15,097 bases of DNA from a virus. Its lineage: Duplodnaviria > Heunggongvirae > Uroviricota > Caudoviricetes. A program made the position numbers and the translations under genes. The stretch's first letter is position 1. Every line of letters begins with the position of its first letter. Under the pieces are notes generated by a model that worked only from the letters and a program-made list of their open reading frames with translations, had not been told where the DNA came from and did not search any database. Shown piece after piece: positions 8,089 to 15,097 of the stretch. The DNA lies in the IMG/VR virus record IMGVR_UViG_2671180979_000021. The stretch is one strand, 5' to 3'.

Positions 8089-8100
8089 TCAATATTTATG

Positions 8101-8123
8101 AACCTGCTTCGGCAGGTTTTTTT
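8101..8123 (+). terminator. Rho-independent terminator downstream of the repressor gene
   Basis: AACCTGC-ttcg-GCAGGTT followed by TTTTTTT (8117-8123), 13 nt after the repressor stop codon. Confidence 0.75.
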
Positions 8124-8127
8124 ATAC

Positions 8128-8156
8128 TTGACAATGTACCCATGAGATACATAATG
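8128..8156 (+). promoter_or_regulatory. Sigma70 promoter (pL-like) with repressor operator O3 in the spacer
   Basis: TTGACA at 8128-8133, 17-bp spacer, ATAATG at 8151-8156. The spacer contains TGTACccatgagATACA (8135-8151), a one-mismatch copy of the TGTAC-N7-GTACA operator. Confidence 0.7.
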
Positions 8157-8573
8157 TATCCAAAAGAAACATGAGGCAGGCAAGATTCAAACAAAATTTG
8201 GTTGTAACACGGCGTATGGCACATGCGTCGTTAGCGGTCTGGGGACGTTAAAGGGGACAATCCACTTCTTGCTCGGGCAAACAAACCAGGTAGCCGGAAT
8301 GTGCAAGTCAATGATGATGCTGATAAGACGCCTAACCAGCGTGGCGATCCGGTTTGACGCCTGGGAAGAGACCAGGGTGCAACGATGAGGGCATTTATAG
8401 AGCCGCGACAAAGTGTGGTGCCGTAACTGGCTAAGTGCTCTCAGCGTTGTGGTAATCCGCGAAATGGCGCGGCGGTAAGTATGGCGGGGTTACTCTTTCC
8501 CCGTTGAGGACACCGGATTGTCAGGTTGACCATACGCCTGAGTGACAACCCCACCACAACAGCCACTGCTTTG

Positions 8574-8619
8574 GCGGTACCAGTTTGTACACTTGCTTCC
8601 GGCTGGTACCGCTCTTTTT
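8574..8619 (+). terminator. Leader hairpin plus T-run (candidate attenuator or terminator) overlapping a boxA-like CGCTCTTTTTA
   Basis: GCGGTACC (8574-8581) pairs with GGTACCGC (8605-8612) around a 23-nt loop, followed by tcttttt. CGCTCTTTTTA (8610-8620) resembles the boxA consensus CGCTCTT(T)A. Confidence 0.35.
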
Positions 8620-8756
8620 ACAAAACAGAGAAGAGCATCACCGGACGACGGGCTCATAACCCAATCCATCCGGGCGGCTGCCACCGCAGGTGTTCTTCTC
8701 TGTTTTGTGGAGAAACCAACCGACCTTGCAGGGTCGATATGATGAGGAGCAGCAAA

Positions 8757-9119
8757 ATGGCTAGCGAACGCAGTACTGATGTGCAGGCATTTATCGGGGA
8801 GCTGGACGGCGGCGTATTTGAAACCAAAATCGGCGCAGTTCTCAGTGAAGTCGCTTCCGGTGTGATGAACACGAAAACCAAAGGTAAGGTCTCACTCAAC
8901 CTGGAAATCGAACCATTTGATGAGAACCGTGTGAAAATCAAACACAAACTCTCATATGTTCGCCCGACTAACCGCGGGAAAATTTCCGAAGAAGACACCA
9001 CCGAAACGCCGATGTATGTCAATCGCGGTGGTCGCCTGACTATTCTGCAGGAAGACCAGGGACAATTACTGACTCTTGCCGGTGAACCTGACGGAAAACT
9101 CCGCGCAGCAGGTCATTAA
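8757..9119 (+). CDS. YfdP-like hypothetical protein, 120 aa
   Basis: ATG at 8757 with GAGGAG 7 nt upstream. 120 aa, directly upstream of a YfdQ homologue as in CPS-53. The track ORF start at 8526 is unsupported. Confidence 0.65.
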   Translation: MASERSTDVQAFIGELDGGVFETKIGAVLSEVASGVMNTKTKGKVSLNLEIEPFDENRVKIKHKLSYVRPTNRGKISEEDTTETPMYVNRGGRLTILQEDQGQLLTLAGEPDGKLRAAGH

Positions 9120-9184
9120 TATCGTTCTTAATTAACTGATTATTTATCTCATCACTGAATATCTTTATATAGTGAGGACTTATT

Positions 9185-10009
9185 ATGTCTCAGAACTTAG
9201 ACGCAACCGCAATTAATCAAATCCATGCTCTTATTTCTGCTCAGGGTGTTAATGAAATTATCAGTAATATTGGTGCCGATGCTGTGGCATTGCCTGAGAA
9301 TTTCCGCATTCATGATCTGGAAAAATTTAATTTAAATCGCTTCCGTTTCCGTGGCGCGCTTTCCACTGCCAGCATCGATGATTTTACCCGTTATTCTAAA
9401 GATCTTGCAGATGAAGGCACCCGCTGCTTTATCGATGCTGATAATATGCGTGCCGTCAGTGTGCTTAACCTGGGTACTATTGATGAACCAGGTCACGCAG
9501 ATAACACCGCCACTCTCAAACTGAAAAAGACAGCACCGTTCTCTGCTCTGTTGTCTGTTAACGGCGAGCGTAACTCCCAGAAGTCACTGGCAGAATGGAT
9601 TGAAGACTGGGCCGACTACCTTGTGGGCTTTGATGCTAATGGTGACGCCATTCAGGCAACCAAAGCGGCTGCGGCGATCCGTAAAATCACAATTGAAGCG
9701 AACCAGACCGCTGATTTTGAAGATAATGACTTCAGCGGCAAACGCTCCCTGATGGAGTCTGTCGAAGCGAAGACCAAAGACATTATGCCAGTGGCATTTG
9801 AATTTAAATGCGTTCCGTTTGAAGGTCTGAAAGAACGTCCATTTAAATTACGCCTCAGCATTATCACTGGCGATCGTCCTGTACTGGTTCTGCGCATTAT
9901 TCAGCTGGAAGCAGTGCAGGAAGAAATGGCTAACGAATTTCGTGATCTGCTTGTTGAGAAATTCAAAGACAGCAAAGTAGAAACCTTTATTGGTACTTTC
10001 ACCGCCTGA
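9185..10009 (+). CDS. yfdQ: YfdQ-family protein (DUF2303), 274 aa
   Basis: Length and sequence character match the E. coli CPS-53 YfdQ family as I recall it. RBS GAGGA upstream of the ATG. A hairpin (aaatgcccc/ggggcattt, 10022-10043) follows the stop codon. Confidence 0.75.
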   Translation: MSQNLDATAINQIHALISAQGVNEIISNIGADAVALPENFRIHDLEKFNLNRFRFRGALSTASIDDFTRYSKDLADEGTRCFIDADNMRAVSVLNLGTIDEPGHADNTATLKLKKTAPFSALLSVNGERNSQKSLAEWIEDWADYLVGFDANGDAIQATKAAAAIRKITIEANQTADFEDNDFSGKRSLMESVEAKTKDIMPVAFEFKCVPFEGLKERPFKLRLSIITGDRPVLVLRIIQLEAVQEEMANEFRDLLVEKFKDSKVETFIGTFTA

Positions 10010-10137
10010 TTTCATTACTGCAAATGCCCCTGCGGGGGCATTTATGGAAACGTAATTAACTCAATAATCGCCGGATGGTGCGGGATTCCTTTTACCCGAA
10101 TTCAGCGCGGTGCAGCGCATATAAAGTGGAGAACGAA

Positions 10138-10674
10138 ATGTCATTTATTAAAACTTTTTCCGGGAAGCATTTTTATTATGACAAGATAAATAAAGACGAC
10201 ATCGTGATTAACGATATCGCGGTTTCCCTTTCAAATATCTGTCGCTTTGCAGGACATCTTTCACACTTCTACAGTGTCGCCCAGCATGCGGTGCTTTGCC
10301 GCCAGCTGGTGCCGCAGGAATTTGCTTTTGAAGCGTTAATGCATGATGCAACAGAAGCGTATTGCCAGGACATCCCCGCACCACTGAAACGACTTCTTCC
10401 TGACTATAAACGGATGGAGGAAAAAATAGACGCCGTAATCCGTGAGAAATACGGGTTACCTCCTGTTATGAGCACGCCAGTGAAATATGCCGATCTCATC
10501 ATGCTGGCAACCGAACGCCGCGATCTCGGACTTGATGATGGCTCTTTCTGGCCTGTATTGGAAGGTATCCCGGCAACAGAGATGTTCAAAGTGATTCCAC
10601 TGGCACCGGGCCATGCCTACGGGATGTTTATGGAACGCTTCAACGAGTTATCGGAATTACGCAAATGTGCATAA
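10138..10674 (+). CDS. yfdR: HD-domain 5'-deoxynucleotidase YfdR-like, 178 aa
   Basis: HD motif (ALMHDATEAY) with the earlier His (AQHAV). ATG at 10138 preceded by GGAGA. Length equals YfdR (178 aa). The track ORF begins earlier at 10075. Confidence 0.8.
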   Translation: MSFIKTFSGKHFYYDKINKDDIVINDIAVSLSNICRFAGHLSHFYSVAQHAVLCRQLVPQEFAFEALMHDATEAYCQDIPAPLKRLLPDYKRMEEKIDAVIREKYGLPPVMSTPVKYADLIMLATERRDLGLDDGSFWPVLEGIPATEMFKVIPLAPGHAYGMFMERFNELSELRKCA

Positions 10675-11543
10675 CTCATGTAGTTAGTTTTTCTGGCGGG
10701 AGAACATCTGCATATCTTGTTCACCTGATGGAAGAACAAAGAAAGGCTGGCAATAACGTCTGCTACATCTTTATGGATACCGGTTGCGAACATCCGCTGA
10801 CATACCGCTTTATTCGGGAGGTTGTGAAGTTCTGGGGCATACCGCTAACTGTGTTGCAGGTCGATATAAATCCAGAGCTTGGGCAGCCAAATGGTTATAC
10901 GGAATGGGAACCAAAGGATATTCAGACGCGAATGCCGGTGCTAAAACCGTTTATGGACATGGTTAAAAAGTACGGTACGCCATACATCGGCGGCGCATTC
11001 TGTACTGACAGGCTAAAACTCACCCCTTTCACGAAATATTGAGATGACCATTTTGGGCGAGGGAATTACATCACATGGCTGGGTATTCGTGCAGACGAAC
11101 CCCGCAGGCTGAAACCGAAACCGGGCGTCCGGTATCTCGCCGAACTGTCAGATTTTGATAAGTCGGATGTTATCCGGTGGTGGCGTAAACAGCCGTTCGA
11201 TTTACTTATCCCTGAGCACCTCGGGAACTGTGTTTTCTGCATCAAAAAGTCAACGCAAAAGCTGGGGCTTGCATGTAAGGACGAACCTGGCCTGATGCGG
11301 GTTTTTAATGAACTGGTTACAGGCCAACACGTCAGGGACGGTCATCGCAGAACAGGTAAAGACGTTATGTACCGTGGTCATCTGAGTCTTGAAGGGATTG
11401 CCAGAATGTATGCCGACAGCGACTACTGGAATTTGTATCAGGCGATGGTGCAGGCCGGGCGATTCGATACCGGCTCGTGTTCAGAGTCATGTGAAATCTG
11501 GGGTGATCAACTGGAGTTGAAATTCGAAGAGGTAGTTACATGA
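10665..11543 (+). pseudogene. PAPS reductase-like (PP-loop) gene interrupted by a single in-frame TGA at 11040-11042
   Basis: N-terminal PP-loop motif SFSGGRTS. The same frame stays open from 10665 to 11543 apart from the one TGA (FTKY*DDHFGRGNYITWLGIRADEP...). This corresponds to the split yfdS/yfdT pair position in CPS-53. Confidence 0.55.
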
Positions 11544-12196
11544 CAAACAAAATTGACTATCAGGCACTGCGTGAGGCGGCAGTGAAAGCCGGTGAAGATA
11601 AGTGGCAGGCTAAAAAAATAAACGGTGATTTTTTCGTTATTCGTCACGGTAGTTATACAAGACAGCATGGCTACACATCGTATCAACCCATTGCGGAGAT
11701 TGATTGTAAGCCTGTCCGGGATTTTGTTGCCAGGGCTAATCCGGCTACCGTGCTGGCGCTGCTAGATGAACGGGAAAGAAACCAGCAATACATAAAACGC
11801 CGCGACCAGGAGAACGAGGAAATTGCGCTAACGGTAGGGAAACTGCGTGTTGAGCTGGAAGCCGCAGAGAAGCGCAACGCAAAATTACAAAGAGAGAATG
11901 CATACATCCGCAACCGGTACAAAGAACTGGACCTATTAATCGGGAAAAACATTCTGGTCATGCAGGCTGCGATTATCGAATGGCAATCGACTGGCGACGC
12001 TAAAAGCGGACTGGCATGGATTTATAACACACTGTTTGGCCCAGGCGAATTACCGGACGAATCTGAGAAAGATGCTCAGGCCTACTTTAATCGCAAATAT
12101 GCACCGATTGACGAAAAGCTTATGGAGCTTCACAAGTGGTTTTGGGAACAAAGTGAAGCCGAGCGCGCCGCTGGCATTCGCATCAAAGGAGAGTGA
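11540..12196 (+). CDS. Ead/Ea22-like protein
   Basis: Contains the characteristic ANPATVLALLDERE motif and a coiled-coil region. ATGA overlap with the upstream gene; RBS GAGGTAG. Confidence 0.7.
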   Translation: MTNKIDYQALREAAVKAGEDKWQAKKINGDFFVIRHGSYTRQHGYTSYQPIAEIDCKPVRDFVARANPATVLALLDERERNQQYIKRRDQENEEIALTVGKLRVELEAAEKRNAKLQRENAYIRNRYKELDLLIGKNILVMQAAIIEWQSTGDAKSGLAWIYNTLFGPGELPDESEKDAQAYFNRKYAPIDEKLMELHKWFWEQSEAERAAGIRIKGE

Positions 12197-12197
12197 G

Positions 12198-12389
12198 ATG
12201 AACGGACAAATATCAATTGTTCGACCGGGAGCATGTGACGATCGCGAAATACGAATGATTATTCGTCTGGCGAGGGGGAAAACAATAACTGCTCTCATTA
12301 CTCCAGAAAATCTCGCATTAGCATTAACAGGAAAGTCAGACCTGCCAGTAGAGCTAAAGCTGCGAAATGTTGAGATTAAGGTGAAATAG
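12198..12389 (+). CDS. Small hypothetical protein, 63 aa
   Basis: ATG at 12198 with AAGGAG 6 nt upstream, tightly packed between neighbouring genes. The track ORF 12036..12389 overlaps the upstream gene. Confidence 0.5.
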   Translation: MNGQISIVRPGACDDREIRMIIRLARGKTITALITPENLALALTGKSDLPVELKLRNVEIKVK

Positions 12390-12391
12390 CT

Positions 12392-12958
12392 ATGACCACT
12401 ATTACCAAAGAACGCCTGCTGACAATCCAGCAGTGGCGCGAAACATACGGACCTGGCAGCAACGTTGTACTGCCAGCAGAAGAAGCGGAAGAACTGGCAC
12501 GAATTGCACTGGTATCGCTGGAAGCAGAGCCTGTAAGCCAAACTTACAACTTGCCAGAATTAATCGAAGGCATGGAAGTTTCCATTGATGTAAGCACTTG
12601 TGATGTTGATTTAGGTAATCGCTATTTCGGTACCGTCACCGAGGCGTTAGAACTTGATACAGCCAAAAATGGTTACATCCTCCTAGTTCAGGACGCAGAG
12701 CCAAACTTCGATGTAAATGGCAACTCTCCGGGAACTCCGGATAGTTGGATAAGCTGTAGTGATCGAATGCCTGAAAAGGGCCAGAACGTGCTTATTTCGG
12801 TGAATTTCGATAGCTCTCAGGTTGAACCGCTAATATGCTCCGCACGCTATACCGGAAGCACCTTTCGGCGCGGAGATGCAACGATTAAGCCGGGTAATGG
12901 TATTGAGCAAGCAACTCACTGGATGCCGCTACCGGAACCGCCGCTGGAGGTGAAGTGA
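12392..12958 (+). CDS. DUF551 domain protein
   Basis: C-terminal W-x-S-C-S-D-R-M-P...ATHWMPLPEPP pattern is typical of DUF551 prophage proteins. Confidence 0.7.
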   Translation: MTTITKERLLTIQQWRETYGPGSNVVLPAEEAEELARIALVSLEAEPVSQTYNLPELIEGMEVSIDVSTCDVDLGNRYFGTVTEALELDTAKNGYILLVQDAEPNFDVNGNSPGTPDSWISCSDRMPEKGQNVLISVNFDSSQVEPLICSARYTGSTFRRGDATIKPGNGIEQATHWMPLPEPPLEVK

Positions 12959-13530
12959 TGAACAACTTAATGATCGACCTTGAGACGATGGGGAAAAATA
13001 AGGATGCACCGATCGTTTCCATTGGCGCGGTGTTCTTCACTCCAGAAATCGGAGACATCGGACAAGAATTCTATACGGTTGTTAGCCTGGAAAGTGCTAT
13101 GGAGCAAGGAGCTACACCTGACGGCGATACCATCCTGTGGTGGTTGAAACAAAGCCCTGAAGCACGAGCTGCAATCTGTATTGATGATACTTTGTCGATC
13201 AGCGATGCTCTCTCAGAACTAAATCATTTCATTAACCGGCACGCAGACAATACGAAATATTTAAAAGTCTGGGGTAACGGAGCCACCTTCGACAACGTAA
13301 TTTTACGTGGAGCTTATGAGCGAGCAGGACAAATCTGCCCGTGGGCATACTGGAATGACCACGATGTACGCACGATCGTTACGCTTGGGCGTTCCATCGG
13401 ATTCGACCCCAAAATGGACATGCCTTTCGATGGCGAACGGCACAACGCCCTGGCTGATGCCCGTCATCAGGCAAAATATGTTTCCGCTATCTGGCAGAAA
13501 TTAATTCCTGCCACCAGCACAGAATTATGA
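12958..13530 (+). CDS. DnaQ-like (DEDDh) 3'-5' exonuclease
   Basis: Exo motif I (IDLETMG) and motif III (HNALADARHQAKY). ATG at 12958 overlaps the upstream TGA, with GGAGG 7 nt upstream. Confidence 0.75.
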   Translation: MNNLMIDLETMGKNKDAPIVSIGAVFFTPEIGDIGQEFYTVVSLESAMEQGATPDGDTILWWLKQSPEARAAICIDDTLSISDALSELNHFINRHADNTKYLKVWGNGATFDNVILRGAYERAGQICPWAYWNDHDVRTIVTLGRSIGFDPKMDMPFDGERHNALADARHQAKYVSAIWQKLIPATSTEL

Positions 13531-13566
13531 TTTTCCCGGGTGCAGCCGGTTTTGATGGAGAAAATT

Positions 13567-13848
13567 ATGAACACCTTGTTTTTACTGATGGCTGAATTCA
13601 ATACCCCAAACATTGAACTCTCAGCAGTTAGCCAAAAGTACTTTGGTATGAGTCCAGCCACGGCAGAAGCAAAAGCAAACGCTTGTAAGTTGCCCGTTCC
13701 AACATATCGCATCGGCACATCACAAAAAGCAAAACGTTGCATCAATATTCAGGATCTTGCGGAATACATAGACAAAAGGCGAGAAGAAGGACGTATCGAG
13801 TGGGAACAGGTCAGAACAGTCAAACAGAAGGGCAAAGAAAATCACTAA
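13567..13848 (+). CDS. PrtN/excisionase-like small DNA-binding protein
   Basis: ATG at 13567 preceded by GGAGA. Sequence FGMSPATAEAKANACKLPVPTYRIGTSQKAKRCINIQDLAEYID resembles the pyocin activator PrtN / excisionase-like wHTH family. Last gene before the bidirectional terminator. Confidence 0.5.
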   Translation: MNTLFLLMAEFNTPNIELSAVSQKYFGMSPATAEAKANACKLPVPTYRIGTSQKAKRCINIQDLAEYIDKRREEGRIEWEQVRTVKQKGKENH

Positions 13849-13850
13849 AG

Positions 13851-13876
13851 AAAAAACCCGCCTGAAGGCGGGTTTT
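13851..13876. terminator. Bidirectional rho-independent terminator between convergent units
   Basis: AAAAAA-CCCGCC-tgaa-GGCGGG-TTTT: a perfect 6-bp GC stem with an A-run on one side and a T-run on the other, lying between the convergent 13567..13848 (+) and 13896..14069 (-) genes. Confidence 0.7.
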
Positions 13877-13895
13877 CAAAAAGCACCAGCTATGA

Positions 13896-14069
13896 TCATG
13901 CTGCTTTGAGACGACGAAGCTTACCCTGCTGCTCTTTACCAGAGACAGTAGCGTGAGTGAACGCATTAGGAGCAGCCTTCATCAGAACTTCAACAGCAGC
14001 ACCCATACCTACGAATGCTTTCATTGTGTCGAACTTAATCTGTGGCTTGGTTGCTTTTTGATCTTCCAT
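13896..14069 (-). CDS. Small hypothetical protein, 57 aa
   Basis: ATG at 14067-14069 with GGAG 6 nt upstream, stop at 13896-13898, ending just before the bidirectional terminator. Absent from the track (below its length cutoff). Translation MEDQKATKPQIKFDTMKAFVGMGAAVEVLMKAAPNAFTHATVSGKEQQGKLRRLKAA. Confidence 0.4.
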   Translation of the reverse strand: MEDQKATKPQIKFDTMKAFVGMGAAVEVLMKAAPNAFTHATVSGKEQQGKLRRLKAA

Positions 14070-14108
14070 AGAAAACTCCAGAAGTTATACCGAAACAATT
14101 CCTGTTGT

Positions 14109-14528
14109 TTACTCATCATCAATAGATGATACGCAATATTTATTTTTAAATTTAAGGTTCTTTGGCGTAACTTCATCAGAGATATCAAAACCGTCCAGAA
14201 TTCTATTGAATGTAGCTTCTGGCATATCATCATGAACAGAAATCTCACCCGATCGCTGCTTTCTAACCATGTTATCCACTCGCCAAATTATAGCTTCAGC
14301 GTAAACAACATAACTTGGATGCTTGATAAAGCGATGATCACCAGAATTCAAGACGCAAGACGGATCGTGGGGGACACCATCCTTGATACTAGAAATATTA
14401 ACAACTAAAACACAATAACAATCGTTAACGGGGTAATAAACAGGATCATTACAAATCACATGAAGATGATTGCATGGTCCAGTTGGGGCAAGCACAGTTC
14501 CTTTCCTGTATGGCTGATAATCCGTCAT
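14109..14528 (-). CDS. Hypothetical protein, 139 aa; candidate toxin/effector partner of the upstream Panacea-domain gene
   Basis: ORF whose start overlaps the stop of the upstream gene by 4 nt. Cys/His-rich N-terminal half (GPCNHLHVICNDPVYYPVNDCYC). AT-rich. No family recognised. Confidence 0.55.
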   Translation of the reverse strand: MTDYQPYRKGTVLAPTGPCNHLHVICNDPVYYPVNDCYCVLVVNISSIKDGVPHDPSCVLNSGDHRFIKHPSYVVYAEAIIWRVDNMVRKQRSGEISVHDDMPEATFNRILDGFDISDEVTPKNLKFKNKYCVSSIDDE

Positions 14529-15097
14529 GATAATTGCAAAGAAAATTCCTTAAGTTTCTGAGATTCTTCCATTTTGCCAATTATGCGATTAGCCTCATCC
14601 TCGCTTTTACCCTCACTGATCAGCATTTCTTTCAGGTCTATAGGCTTACGAGAATTGCCAGGATCGTGCCACTCTGGACAAACGCTTTCTAAATGCGTCA
14701 TATTTGCGAGATCAAATCGGTTCATATGCCCATACCGAGAATAGATTTCATCTAAAATCCGGATATCTGCACGACTCAATTCATCAAAGACCTCGTCTGC
14801 ATCCATTTCCCTCGGATCTGAACGCAACGATACATTATGCCCGTTCGTCTCTATCAAGTTGTACCAGTAGTCACCAATGCCTTCAGCCTTACCGCGAATC
14901 AAGTTCAGCGTATTCGACATGACTGGTCCAAATTTCATAGAGTAAAGGCTATCTTCGCCGATCATCCTGCCATGCTTCAAAATCGACTGGCGGTTAGACA
15001 GATAGAGCAGCTTCATCAATTTCAGATATGCCATGCGCCCACCTCTCTTAAGAAGTAGGTATGCAGCCATTTGAGCTACTTTTTCTTCGCAAAACAT
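14525..15097 (-). CDS. Panacea-domain (DUF4065, SocA/PanA-like) putative antitoxin; 5' end may be cut by the window edge
   Basis: N-terminal AAYLLLKRGGRMAYLKLMKLLYLSNRQSILKHGRMIGEDSLYSMKFGPVMSNTLNLI fits the Panacea pattern (KLxKLLYL ... GPV) as I recall it. The ORF reaches the last base of the window, so the true start cannot be confirmed. Confidence 0.6.
   Translation of the reverse strand: MFCEEKVAQMAAYLLLKRGGRMAYLKLMKLLYLSNRQSILKHGRMIGEDSLYSMKFGPVMSNTLNLIRGKAEGIGDYWYNLIETNGHNVSLRSDPREMDADEVFDELSRADIRILDEIYSRYGHMNRFDLANMTHLESVCPEWHDPGNSRKPIDLKEMLISEGKSEDEANRIIGKMEESQKLKEFSLQLS

Noticed and set aside
8187-8742. Track ORFs 8187..8411 (-), 8490..8684 (-) and 8542..8742 (+) in the leader region
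   Set aside because: They depend on TTG or GTG starts without SD sequences, and their translations are Cys/Pro/Arg-rich nonsense-like. The region is treated as noncoding or decayed.
8157-8756. Retron msr-msd ncRNA, CRISPR array or tRNA in the leader region
   Set aside because: No reverse transcriptase gene adjacent, no regularly spaced direct repeats, and no tRNA-like T-loop motif seen.
11040-11042. In-frame TGA as a selenocysteine codon
   Set aside because: No convincing SECIS-like stem-loop immediately downstream, and PAPS-reductase-like proteins are not known selenoproteins. Nonsense mutation or readthrough is more likely.
14021-14248. Track ORF 14021..14248 (-), 75 aa
   Set aside because: GTG start, overlaps both the 139-aa gene and the 57-codon gene in another frame, with a low-complexity hydrophobic translation.

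Overview
This window looks like the early, immunity, replication and Nin region of a lambdoid prophage from an Enterobacteriaceae (E. coli-like) genome, resembling an intact version of the CPS-53/KpLE1 yfd cluster. All calls rest on reading the sequence and ORF track by eye and on recalled family motifs; no searches were run. A long leftward (minus-strand) operon runs from a Cro/YdaS-like gene through a YdaT/CII-like gene, a replication initiator with internal iterons, a PerC-like protein, a Dam-type N6-adenine methyltransferase, a LexA-DBD-like protein, RusA, a KilA-N protein, a DUF968/HNH-like protein and a QuuD-like Q antiterminator. It is followed by an AT-rich unknown gene and an intrinsic terminator. 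A divergent CI-like repressor (HTH plus S24 peptidase) reads rightward and ends at a terminator. Immediately after it sits a near-consensus promoter with a repressor-type operator in its spacer, then about 600 nt with no convincing ORF, then the rightward early operon (YfdP-like, YfdQ, YfdR, an interrupted PAPS-reductase-like gene, Ea22-like, DUF551, a DnaQ-like exonuclease, a PrtN/excisionase-like protein). At the right edge, beyond a bidirectional terminator, is an AT-rich minus-strand module: a Panacea (DUF4065) domain protein overlapping a 139-aa unknown protein. The most interesting candidates for something undescribed are that Panacea pair, the AT-rich gene just downstream of Q, and the 600-nt leader.
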